Position numbers and translations under genes: made by a program. Under the pieces are notes generated by a model. It was not told the DNA's origin, searched no databases, and saw nothing but the letters and a program-made list of their open reading frames with translations. Positions 1 to 12,483 of a stretch of DNA of 64,000 bases are shown one piece after another; position 1 is the stretch's first letter, and every line of letters begins with the position of its first letter. Source of the DNA: Chrysomallon squamiferum (Eukaryota; Animalia; Mollusca); assembly GCA_012295275.1 (NCBI GenBank), contig CM022672.1, positions 13,268,001-13,332,000 of the forward strand, read 5' to 3'.

Positions 1-583
1 ATTGTAAACACACTTCCCGCTACCAGCACACATGGCCGAACTTCCTACGCATGCGTATACTTGTAGATACGGAAATTGATGTTTCAAGGACATTGTTGTT
101 TTTATTGACCTTCTGATAAAGCGGATGTTTTTGGTTTACTTTCTTCGGGATTTTATCACATGCTTTAAATCGGAACTATTTTTACTAAAAGTCATGGAAA
201 TACTCTTTAGATAATGTGCAATTTAGTAGATTTTCCATCAAAAGACGGTTCGGAAAGTATTCCTCAAGGGGTCACGTGATTGAATCAACCAATAACAAAT
301 GTGAAGCTGATTGCACAACAGACTGGAAGTTTCAGTCGTGTGTTCGGCTTGGTGGGAATAGGTTGGGATGTACGGATGTACCGAAAGTTTTACATGTTTA
401 AATACTAAATACAAAGACCACATAACGTTTTAATATCATAAAACACACCTAATTTTTGTTTATTAATTCTTTTATTTGCAAACTTTTGCCTTTCTCAAAA
501 TCATGTGATACGAACTGACCAATCGAATTGTCTGATTTTTAAACACCCATATATAAGCTTCCAGACGGACGACATCAAATGCG
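1..583 (+). promoter_or_regulatory. CpG-rich promoter / 5' UTR of the BET gene
   Basis: CpGs are visibly denser than in the downstream gene body. E2F-like TTCCCGC at 14-20, perfect palindrome TACGCATGCGTA at 46-57 (NRF1/Ewg-like), E-box GTCACGTGA at 271-279. TSS cannot be determined from sequence. Confidence 0.55.
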
Positions 584-3500
584 ATGCAATTGATAGACGC
601 TAATGGAGAGGCGGAAAATCTAACAAAAGTGATGGACCCAAAGAGCCATCCGGCGCTGAAAGGGTACCAGCAGAATGTGCAAAACGTCAATGCAGGGTAC
701 TTTGTTGATATTTTTCGTATGTAATGCCTAAAAAACACATTATTTCAGTCTGTATATTTTCTTGCTTGAACATCCGGCATTGTGTAGATGTCGATCGTGA
801 CATTGTCTCAGATAAAACATAAAATTATTGAAAAATGACGATTTTTGGGGGCTTTTTAAAATGTAAACATGATTTTTATGATGTTTAGATTATATTTTCG
901 ATTTCATAAAAAGTTTTGAAAGTCGTAGCTGTGTAGAATTTCGTAAATTACTGTTGCCCTAGATTGCAACCTTTGTTACCTGCTTGTCCTAAATTTTTAT
1001 GTAGTTGTGGAGTCACGAGAACAGTAATACTGGCTGTATTTTGACTGTATAGAACAAGTAGGTAGAAAGTCGGTGTATTGGAACTTCAGACTTAAAAAAT
1101 AAATTCTAGTGGGTTGTTTATACTAACCCTTGACATAATAATGTGCTTTTTTTTGCCTTCGTCACCAGGCGGTTAACAAAATTACTCAGTAACAAGTTCT
1201 AACAAATGTACTAGCTCACAATTTGTTATGGAATACCAATATTATATTTGTAAATCTGTGCTTTTTATGTTTATCTTAAAAAACTTTGCTCTGTTATGAC
1301 TTGTGTAGTTACTTGGAAAACTAATGTGACTGTAAGATGAATTTCAAGTAATATTTCAAACAAATCATTTACTTCAACAAAAGAGTAATAAAAAAATAAT
1401 TCTTGCATGTCTTGCAAGTTGTTGAAATTAATAAGATAAAACATTTTTGATAATTTTAAGTGGCATTATATTTAGTTACTTTTATTTACAAGAATACATA
1501 TTTTAGTCTGAATTCATTCTTTTAGACTTGTTTTATTGAAATATATTTCAAATAGACTTGTATAATTGTATTATTCACATCCAGTTGCTCTTACTAAGAG
1601 CTTTATAATGTTTAGGTTTTTTTTTTCACTTTAATTTTTTTAAAAGATAGTTGTAGTACATTTTGCACCCTAACTTAATTTTTAAAATCACTTTTCTGTG
1701 TCTGCACTGAAGGAAAATGTTGAACAAAGACCTTGAGTTTTTAAAAAATTAAGCTCCTAGCCTTATTAATGGTAAGCTGTATTTTTTTTTTTTTGAATTA
1801 AAAGATTCTGTGATAACTTGACAAATAATTAAAATCTGTGATTCAGACAATTTAAAGTTAATAAAAAAATATATTAAATTTTGCATCCTGATAGATAATT
1901 GGAAACAAATTAAACAAATGAATAAAATATAATAACACACATGCTGTGATGAATTGCAGTACCAGCCAGTACCAATATTTGGATCAAAGTAATCTAATTA
2001 AATTGCAGTGTATCAAGACCTTGACTACAATGATTTAGTCTTACAGTGGCATATTATATGCATCAGAAAGGATCACCATTAACAATACAAGTACCAAGCA
2101 GTGGTTAGTATTGCCTGAAGTATGGCATGTTTGTACATTACTTAAAAAACATCCCAAAACTCTATCTGAATGGTTGAAGCTTAACATGCTTAGGAAAGAA
2201 AAACTTAACATAAAACAGTAAACCTATTGTTATGCAAAATGAAATAAGAAAAGCAAAAGAAACATGAAATGGAAATTAACTGAGTAGTTGAATGATTATA
2301 TAAATACATTAAAGGTTAAAATTTATTATATTTTGAGAAAGTTAAGGTAATTTAATACTATTGACAAGTTACATTTTGACTGTGCTTGTGTTTAACTGCA
2401 AAATATGCATCATAGGATTCAGCCATTTGATGAATGTAGGAAAATAGTTTAAAGCCTGTATTTGGCATTGTAAAATATTGAAATATAAACTACTCCTTTG
2501 TGCTGTTTTATTAATTTTGTTTAAAATTGAGAAAATCATTGAAATATTACTGTTAACTTGCATCAGTAAATGCATGTACTTTTAAACTTCATACACATTT
2601 AATTAGTGTTGACAGCATTTGCTTGTCAAAAGTTAAAATACCTAAGATCTGATTAACAGAAACCGGGGGTAAAAATGTTTTATTAAAATAAGAAACAGGA
2701 ATTCAGAAGGGACTGCGTTTAAAAAATGTGATCTAATGTTCATAGCAGTTTATCATGCGTTCGGTGAGCAGTAAATATAAGTATTTGTACTTGTAAACAA
2801 TAAGCTTTAAACAGTATTTTGATTCAAAAATAAAAAGTATCTGGAAATTTGTAAATATAAGAATTCTATTAGTAGAGGCTTTTAATTTCAGGTTTTTATT
2901 ACAATGTAGAACACGTGTGTGTAAGTGTGTATTCTTATTATACAGAGGATGGTGACCTTTACCAAATTAAAATTGTGTATTACATACAAATTACTTGATT
3001 ACTTGTGAATTTTGCATTTTACTTAAATTTGTGCAGATAGGCAGTTTGCTCTGAAGGCATTTCTCAAAAGAACTGAAATTTTTGTTTTGCTCATTGTAAA
3101 TCGATCAATTTTGCTTTATTCAGATTCAACCGATAATTGGTACCAGCAATTACATTCTCTGTGAAAATGAAGAAAAGTTCTGCTGAGGTTCACACATGGT
3201 GAGGAGTAGTAAATAGTGCAGATAAAGGGAGAGCAAACATCAGTACCAATTGTTTTTGAATATCTAAATTTAAAAAAAAAATCTTACTTTCAATTAATTT
3301 AAACATTCTTCATAAATAAATAGCACTTTCTGTAAATCAGAAAAATTGCTTTAAAAAGCCTGAAATTGCAGACTGACTATGCACTTAATACATAACTAGA
3401 TATTGTTTTTAAATTGTACATACTCATTTAACTTGATTCTTGTTTACATTACAGGGCTAATGGAGATGTCGCTAGTGAAAGCTCCAGTAATCCAGACACT

Positions 3501-6500
3501 GGCGATGCTACCACTGTAAGTGTGCCAGCATGCACAAACATTTTTTTCTAAAAATGTAGACTTCATTTGTTAGTTTACAATAAAAAGGGAGAAAAAACTC
3601 AATATATAACTGGTATGCATTCTTCAAATTAATTTTAAAATACTTCGAATTACCTTGAGTATTTGTGAAAATGATTAATTGCAGAATTACTGATCTGATT
3701 AAAACAAATCTGAGGGAAAAATGTCAAGAAGCTGATGTGGTCAGTGAGAAGTTATATGAAAATCTACTTGGGTTTTGAGATTTATTATAAATTGTAATGG
3801 AAAGTAAATATTTAAAACTCTCAGTACAGTGAATTAACATAATTCTCAAAATTACGATAAAATACAATAGCTTCACTACATTTTTACATAAAAGGGGGAA
3901 AAAAAATAAAATATTAATATAATCCTTAAATTTAAAAAAATGAATTATTTAATTTTAATTAAATAGTAATTGATCATATTTAAATGGTAGGCATTTTGAT
4001 GATGTTAGAAACCATTACCCTGATGCATTCTACAATTTTAATAAGTATTAAACAAAAATTAATTTAATACTTCTAAATCATTTAAATGAGAGATGTGATG
4101 GTTATTTTATAGAATCCTAGTGTCAAAGCTGCTGGAGATGAAGAACAGGTTAAATCTATGCCACAGAAACCTGCTGGAAGGCTTACAAATCAGCTGCAGT
4201 TCCTTTCCAAAGTCGTCATGAAAACTGTGTGGAAACATCATTTTGCTTGGCCATTTCAGAGTCCTGTTGATTCTGAAAAACTTGGTCTTCATGTCAGTAT
4301 CAATTCTTTTTACGTTAAACATAACAAATTTTTAAGTAACTTTAGATAACTTTTTAAGTTTATTTTTTAACATTTTTTTAAGGTCATAACAAGAATACCA
4401 TGTATTTAATTAGGAATGTTAGGAACCCAAAGCAAAAATGTCCTTCAAAGCAGTTACCTAACCAAACATGGAATGTTAGCATTATTACCAAATGTAAATA
4501 GGAATTGTTTTGTGGGCTTATTAATTCTATCACAATTTGTGGTAATATTCTTCAGAGGTTGAATGTGGGAAGCCTGTTATTCCATTGAATTTGACATATT
4601 GGTAACTTTGAGCATAGCTGTTTTGTTTAAATTCTGTGTTGATGAAGTTGACCCTAGAGATGCCTAATTAACATGATACCTTGTTCCATGATTCATTATT
4701 ATGGAAATATGGTCACACCAAAACATTTAAGAACTGCCAACAAATATGTTTTTGTAATTATTGATATGGTAAGTAAATTGATGGGAGTTCTGAAGGGCAC
4801 AAAGGCAAACCAGGTAGAGCAGCCACAGGTCTTTATTGGCATGGAGATGGTTCAGATTATTAGGCATGAAGACAGTAATCAGGTCAACCATAACATTTGC
4901 TATCAGTGTTGTAAAATTTGAAGCTTGATCTTGCTTACCATCAGTATGCTTCGAAGCTAAAGCAGTTATTCTAATTAAGGAAACCAAATACATATTATTT
5001 ATAGTTAATAATACAGTAATTTAAATATATTTTCAGGACTATTACAAAATTATAAAACATCCTATGGACCTTGGAACTATAAAGAAGCGACTGGAAACAA
5101 ACTATTACCACAGTGCCAAAGATTGCATTCAGGATTTCAGTACTATGTTCACAAATTGTTATGTTTATAACAAACCAGGAGATGTAAGATTTTCATCAAA
5201 TTACAAAATTAAACTGTTTTGTAACCACATAATAGTTTAAGGTTGCATATCCATGTACTGATACTAGAAACATTAAATAGTTTTAAAAAAACAACTATCT
5301 CAAGTATTTCCTCAGAAATAAAAGTTTATCATTCTCTTTGGATTAGTAGGTATGTTTTTATAAAATGTTTGGTTTCTCTTAAACAAAATATATATTAGGG
5401 AAAACCTACATTTTCTTAATTTGTGTACTTTTGATTTACAAATAGGTATCCTGGAACCGTTCTGATCTATAATAATTTGGGTGGGTGAAGCCTTTCAGTA
5501 TATCATTTTATAGGACACAATTTAATTAATGTAATGTTTTACACTAGTTCATGAAATGAAATTTAAGGCACATAATACAGTCCACTGAAGTGGCATAAAT
5601 GTTTTATATTGGAAGTATCCCATAGTAAAACGTTGATGGATAAAGTTAGGTAAATTATAGAAGACTTAAACAAATTCTTTTTTGAAACTGAAAATGGAAA
5701 CAAAATGCATTTGAAAATTTACCTCTGTCTTTTTCTCAGGATATTACACTTATGGCACAGACGCTGGAAAAGTTGTTTCTGCAGAAAGTTGCCCAAATGC
5801 CCCCTGAGGTAAGCTACAAAATAAATTTTGCTGAATCAAACCATTGTTGGTTAGCTTGTATTTAAAAATTTAATATTTTATTTCTGCAATTAACAGCGTT
5901 AAATGTTTTTAAAAATTATTAAAGTTGATTCATTTACTTAACTATAGGAAATAGAAATACAGCCACCAGTCAAAAAGACTCCAGGACGTAAAGGAGTTGG
6001 ACGTGGAGCTGTTGTTAAAGGTTTGCGAGTTCCAGGTTCTAAGGATGTTGGTTCTTCATTGGTGACAAAAGGTGTTGATGCTGCACGAGTCCCTAAAAAC
6101 ATGAATGCCCAAGGTCTCAAAGGAGCTGGATTGGCTGGGTTGAAAACTGGTGTACCACAAGATGTTAAAACAGCTGATATTTCTGGACCAAAAAATGGTA
6201 ACATTATAAGTCAAAAAGGCATAGGAACACCAACACCTAAAGCAGTTGGAACATTGAGTTCAAAAGGAACTACAGCTGAAACACAGACAATTATACATTC
6301 ACCTACCAATGGTCCTCCGCCATTGGTAAATAGTACAAGTCCAGCAACAGCTGCAATGCCAACATTATCTACAGCTTCGCCCACCATTGGTGCATTGCCT
6401 CCACGTGTACCAGTTCGTGTAACGTCTCCACCAGTACCAGTTGGTACAGGGCCACAACCACCAGTTCTGGAACCAGTTTTACCCGCCACATCTGCTTCTA

Positions 6501-9500
6501 GTCTGATTACCAGTGTTCATCCACCTGTTCAGCCTACAAGAGTAAGTATCAAAAAAATTGGAATTTGAGTTCCATTTACATAAAATTAATAAAATCATCT
6601 GTTTTCCAATCTTGTATATTTCTGGACTACTGTATGTAATTTTGGCTGAAACACTTATTAATCAGTTACTGTGTTTGTTTTAGAGAAAACCAGGTATCAA
6701 GCGTAAAGCTGATACAACAACACCAACGACAACACCATCTGCAGTTGGGCCAGGAATTTATGACTTTGAGCCTGAAACAACACCTCTTCTTCCAAATAAA
6801 GTTGCACCAACACGTCGGGAAAGTGTGAGACAGATAAAAAAGCCGAAGCGTGATTTACCAGATGATGAGGTTGTTGTATTAAGAAAAATTGTTGAAATTA
6901 TAATATATAGCTAGAAACAAATACAACTTAAATGACTAATGTTAATAGAATAGTAGTCAATAAGTGTGTTGTAATGTTTTAATATTAAACCTTGTGAACA
7001 AGCATGCTTCCAGTTGAAACATTTAAACCCTGGGAGCCTCAGACTGAATACTTTGGTTGTGATAACTGAATAAGCTTTCACAAATAATAAAGAATCTTGC
7101 CATAAAATTTAAGTTAATTAACATATTTGGTAAATTCTTTTTTGTATGAATATTGGTTGAATGCGTGCAATTTAAAGTACTTTCAATGTAACGAATGGGA
7201 TAACTACATGTGAAAATTCTTTTTTTTCACCAAAGACTGTGAAATAATAGGATCACAAATCTGCAGGGATTTGTGAAAATGTTCACTTATTTCACTGAGG
7301 ATTGGAAAGCTGCAATGATTTGCAGTTAACCGTTATAAAATGACATACTAAAGGAAAAATATCAACTTTGTAAAGAACCACTTTTGTTTTTGTGCTTAGT
7401 TATTAGCTGAAACAAAACATTAGTCACAAATTATAATTAGAAAGTATACATTGTATTTTCAATGATTAAACTGGAAAGGTACATTTATTACATTTTACTG
7501 AAAAATTGATTAATAGTAGATATTAGAAAATTCATTACAGCTAACAAATGGTTAACAGTGAGTGCTCCTTGGGTTAATAATTGACACCTACAGTGTTTTG
7601 TTAACACATTAGATTTGTCCTAAACATATTTTTATTTGGTATCTCAAGATCTATGAAACTTGAGGACAGATGTTTCTTTTGGTGTCATTTTAATTAGAAC
7701 CGATTGGTACACTATGCATATAATGTTTTACTGGAGTTGAAAAACAAATGTTTATATGTGTGCTTGTTTTTTATATTGATCTTTCAGAGCACAGTTGATA
7801 ATCTTTTCCAGGCCCAGCATAGTTCAAAAAACAAAAAGGGGAAGGTGTCTGAACAGCTGAAGTATTGTACTAATCTGGTCAAGGACCTTTTTTCAAAGAA
7901 ACATGGTGTAAGACATTTTTCTTACGGTTAAAATTACAAACATTATGAACTAGAAGGCAGTTGTCTTTTATGAAATAGATGCAACAATATTACATACCCC
8001 CAAAATATAGTGAACAATCCTATTTTCCAAATGTTGTATGGATATTTGATCACATACCAATATTTTAGTTGTAATAAAGTTCACTTGTATGTGTATACAT
8101 TCTTTGTTTTCAGGTATCCTGCTCAGTGCTTAGAAAATGATCAATCAATAAAAAATTTAAACATGACAGTATTAGTTGAGATGTAGTGTTTTAAGATGTT
8201 AATTTAGTTTGGGAAATTCCATTTAAAGCTTAAAAGTTGTGGAATGTTGCTTATGTCAAACTATAGATTTGACACATTGTTTGATGTGGAGTTGCCGTTC
8301 CATTTCAGGCTTATGCTTGGCCATTTTATAAACCAGTTGATGCACAAGCTCTGGGTCTTCATGATTATTATGACATTATCAAGAAGCCAATGGACTTGGG
8401 AACAATTAGAGTATGTATCAGTTGATTTAAGAGAAAGGCAGTCAGAAATATGTACTAAATTTATTTTAAAGACCTTTAAGTTTTTAAACAAATTTTAAAT
8501 TCACTGGCTGCTACTGCTTAATAGTACTAATGTTTTAACTATGGTATTATAAGGTAAAATATTACTGTTGTTGACTTGAAGCAGTTGTCAGCCCATTTAA
8601 TTGCAAATGTTAAACAATTTGCAGAAAAAAAGCCATAAAATTGTAAGGTTTTTGCTTCAATATCAAAATTGCAGATTTGCTTAGCTTTTAATGAATAAAT
8701 TGAGGTAAAATACTATTACTATCAAAGTTATTAATTACCTTTTTTTTTTTTTTTTCATTGTTTTAGAGAAAATTAGAAAATCGGGAATATTCCACTCCTA
8801 GTGAAGTGGCAGAAGATGTACGCATGATTTTTACCAACTGCTATAGGTACAATCCTCCTGATAGTGATGTTGTGATGATGGGAAGAAAATTGCAGGTAAA
8901 TTACCTGATAATTTTAAACATGGTCCAAAATCACTAAACAAGAGGGAATGATAAAAAAAACAGAATAAATCAGAATTTGTTTTCAAGTTAAATGTCATTA
9001 AACTAAAGGAGATTTATTAGCTGCTACCATTTTTTTTTTTTTTTATTACACTGATAATTTACTGTGAAACTGTGTAGATGCTTTTATTTTGTTAATTGGT
9101 ATACTAATGTTAGTACACATTTTGTGGCTTCATTGATATAGTGAATTTTGTGACATAATCATCATTACAATTCTAACAACATTTGATGATGCATATAAGC
9201 GCCTACAGAGTTTTACTATCACATGTACAGATCAATCTGATTTTTTGGTTGTAGTCAAATATGCACCAAAAATATATTGCGTGTTGTATTTAATATTTAT
9301 TTAGTATGTATCGGGGTTTCCTGGTAACAAATTTGTTAACTTGATTCAGCAGAAAGGAAAACTATTGGAGATTTTGAATCGGTATTGTGCAAGTATGGCA
9401 AGACAGTAAAATAATTTTAGTAAGACAAGGTGTGAACAAGAAAGTAAATTTGGAATCATGTCAGATAGTTCCATATTTGTAAACTATGGTTGCCAGAGAA

Positions 9501-12483
9501 CACCAGAGACTGCCTCTATTTAGATAGTTGTGTGTTCTGTGAAATGTGGAAAATGTACTCAAATTGAAAGAAAAACAACTTGGTTATCTGTACACTCACA
9601 TATTCATTTTGATACAATCTTTGGAAAAGGATTACGATGCTCTAGACCGTTTACATACTAGAAATTATAAATTTTAAAATATGTGTTCACATCACAGCAT
9701 TTGAAAATGTACACAAATGTATACATTTTTTTTTTTTCAATTTTGTAGGATGTTTTTGAAATGAAATATGCTAAAATGCCAGATGAACCACCACCACCAC
9801 CTGAATCAGAACACCCACCTGCTATGTTAACAGTAATGAACAAAGTGAATAAACTGAGTGACATGTCATCTAGTAGTGGGTCAGAGGATAGTGACATTGA
9901 TGATGATAGTGAAGAAGAGCGGGAAAAACAACTGAAAGAACTTCAAGAACAGGTATCAATTATTTTGATAATTCTTGCATCAAAAAACATTAGTTTGTCA
10001 GAAAGATACCAACCATGTTTTAAGGACAAAGTAATTCATATGCAATATACCCAAAATTATGTGGGTGAGTGAAAATATTTCGTTTAAAAAAAAAAATGGA
10101 ACTCTTAATTACATTTAATTACAATTATCTCTAATTTTTATTTATAGTTTTCAGATAGTTAAAAGAATAGAATAGTTACGTTTTTTTGTTTTTTTTAAAC
10201 TGTTTATATTTGTAAAAATAATTATTTTGAAAATGAGTAAAGTGATGATGCTCATGCGTGTCATTTGATTCTCCAGATTGTATTTTTTCCTGAAGTTGGA
10301 TGTGATGTTTTATCATATTCAGTGAATGGAATGTAAATACACATACGGAGAAAAAATGATAGTAATTTGTCTTTTCTGATTACTCTTTTCATTTTTTCTT
10401 TTATTTAAATTGTACATATTTCCCACGTTCACATTCTGAATACAGTAAGTGATTCTTTTAGTTACAGTTTATATTATATCTTGTTAATTTCAGTTTCAAA
10501 AAATACAAGATCAACTGGCTAATCTAACTCGAGAACATATGAGCAGACTGAAGGAAAAACGAGAAAAAAAAAAGAAGAAGAAGAGAAATCGTGAAAAGGA
10601 CAAAGATAGGGAAAAATCTTTGGAAAAAGTTACTCCTGTACCTCAGCCTCCACCTGCACAGGTTGCATCAATTCCTATGACTCTAGATACAACAAAACCA
10701 AAGAAAAAATCTAAACAAAAATCTCCTAGTTCAAAAAGACAGAGAACTAATAGTCGATCTTCTTCAAAGAAAAAATCTGTCATGCATACTAGCTCAGCTG
10801 TGCCAGCATTTGATAGTGATGATGAAGATAATGCAAAACCTATGACTTACGATGAAAAAAGACAACTTAGTTTAGACATAAATAAATTGCCAGGTAAGAT
10901 AAATTCTGGCTGTACGTGTTTCGAAAGTGTAGGATGTGCTGTGATCTCTATTCATTCTATTCGTGGATTATAAAGGACACCATTCAGTAAGGATCAGTAT
11001 CCCAAAATATACTTGAGGGAAAAAAAGCATATAATTAAAATGTGCTTTTGATTTTTATATGGTATTTTTTACTTTCAGTATTAGTCTAAAACATATTATT
11101 GGTGAGTTTGCTTGCGGTGTTTGAAAGGTAAAGCTTTAACTGATGGAGGCTAGGTCAGTTAGGTGTAAGCCTGATTGGGTTTGTTGTATACTTGTTAGAC
11201 ATGATTTGAAGACATTTTTGTCTTATTTCCTAAATCCGTTTGGGTCTGTTTTGAAACAGTAAATATTTTCAGAACCAAGATACTCAAATTACCAGTAAAT
11301 CGATGATATTTCACAGATTTAATTGTTAAATGATTTCTGTAAGACGAAAGCTACATAAATTGCAACAGTTAACAAAGAATGCCTGTGTTCATTTTTTCTC
11401 AGTTGTTTAAACTAAAATTTATTTTGTAGGTGATAAACTTGGCAGAGTGGTACATATTATACAATCCAGAGAACCGTCCTTGCGAGATTCCAATCCTGAT
11501 GAGATAGAAATAGACTTTGAAACATTAAAGCCTTCAACTTTAAGAGAACTCGAAGCCTATGTTATGTCTTGCTTAAAGAAGAAGCCCAGAAAACCTTACA
11601 GTAAGTTACAGTTTCAAATTGTGATTGTACATGACGTTGTCTTTATTTTATGGAAGGAGGGGCTAATGACAATAACTGTTAGAATTATATTTAACAAAAC
11701 GTTGAAAATGTAGTTTTCTTTTCTAAATTATATCTTTTTAACAAAGATCTTGTTCCATTTACAGCTAAAAAGACGCCAGGAAAATCAAAAGAAGAGCAAC
11801 AACTTGAAAAGAAAAAAGAATTAGAAAAACGTCTGCAAGGTGTACAAGCACAGCTGAATCCAGGTGGAAAAAAATTGTCTGGTAAAAATCCATTACTTTT
11901 CGAATTGTGCAAATTACATTTATAAAAATAAGAATTGTTCTTGTAGAGGATGTTTATTTAAATGAAATGTATATTTTGAGTTTGTTGTGAGATGTGTAAA
12001 TATGCAAAATATTTTGACAGTGGTTCAAATTTTATTAAAAATTCTAATTCATGAAATCACTGTTAGCAAATTAATTTTGTATAATCAAATCCAGATATAA
12101 TTATGTTCCTACATCAGTTTTTAAATGAATAATTCTAATAATATCGAGATTAATTCATGCTGAAGGACAATTTCATTTCCGTACATTACAGAAAGAATGA
12201 AAAATAATAGTGCAAATATTACTATTACAAATGTTTTTGTACAATGTGATATTTTAAATTCTGTATGTATATTATATAAGCTTAAAATAGTTAATGTATT
12301 CAATCTTCTTTTTTTTTTATACTGAAGCATGAATATTTGTTTTATTTAGGTGAAGGAGGTACTGTTGAAGTTACAGGACCTAGCAGATTGAGTGCTAGCA
12401 GCAGCAGTTCTTCGGGTAGTGACACAAGCACCGACAGTAGTTCATCCAGTTCTTCTGAATCCAGTGACTCGGATTCAGGTTAG
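584..12483 (+). CDS. BET protein short isoform (BRD2/3-like, Fs(1)h-S-like), ~908 aa
   Basis: Reading through the donor at 12478/12479 gives TCA GGT TAG, ending ...[11 protein letters not shown] like the human BRD2 C-terminus. The following 3.8-kb intron looks like a 3' UTR and has several AATAAA (e.g. 13788). Confidence 0.75.

Noticed and set aside
5446-5452. GTATCCT resembling a U12-type donor (also at 8114)
   Set aside because: Not at an exon boundary and lacks the full GTATCCTT consensus; all reconstructed introns fit U2-type GT-AG.
5938-6489. Antisense ORFs overlapping BET exon 6 (and SURF4 exon 4 at 33450-33767)
   Set aside because: Shadow ORFs of genuine coding exons.
10242-10293. 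GTGATGA ... CTGA (C/D snoRNA-like boxes) in a BET intron
   Set aside because: Only ~52 nt, no terminal stem and no recognisable guide sequence.
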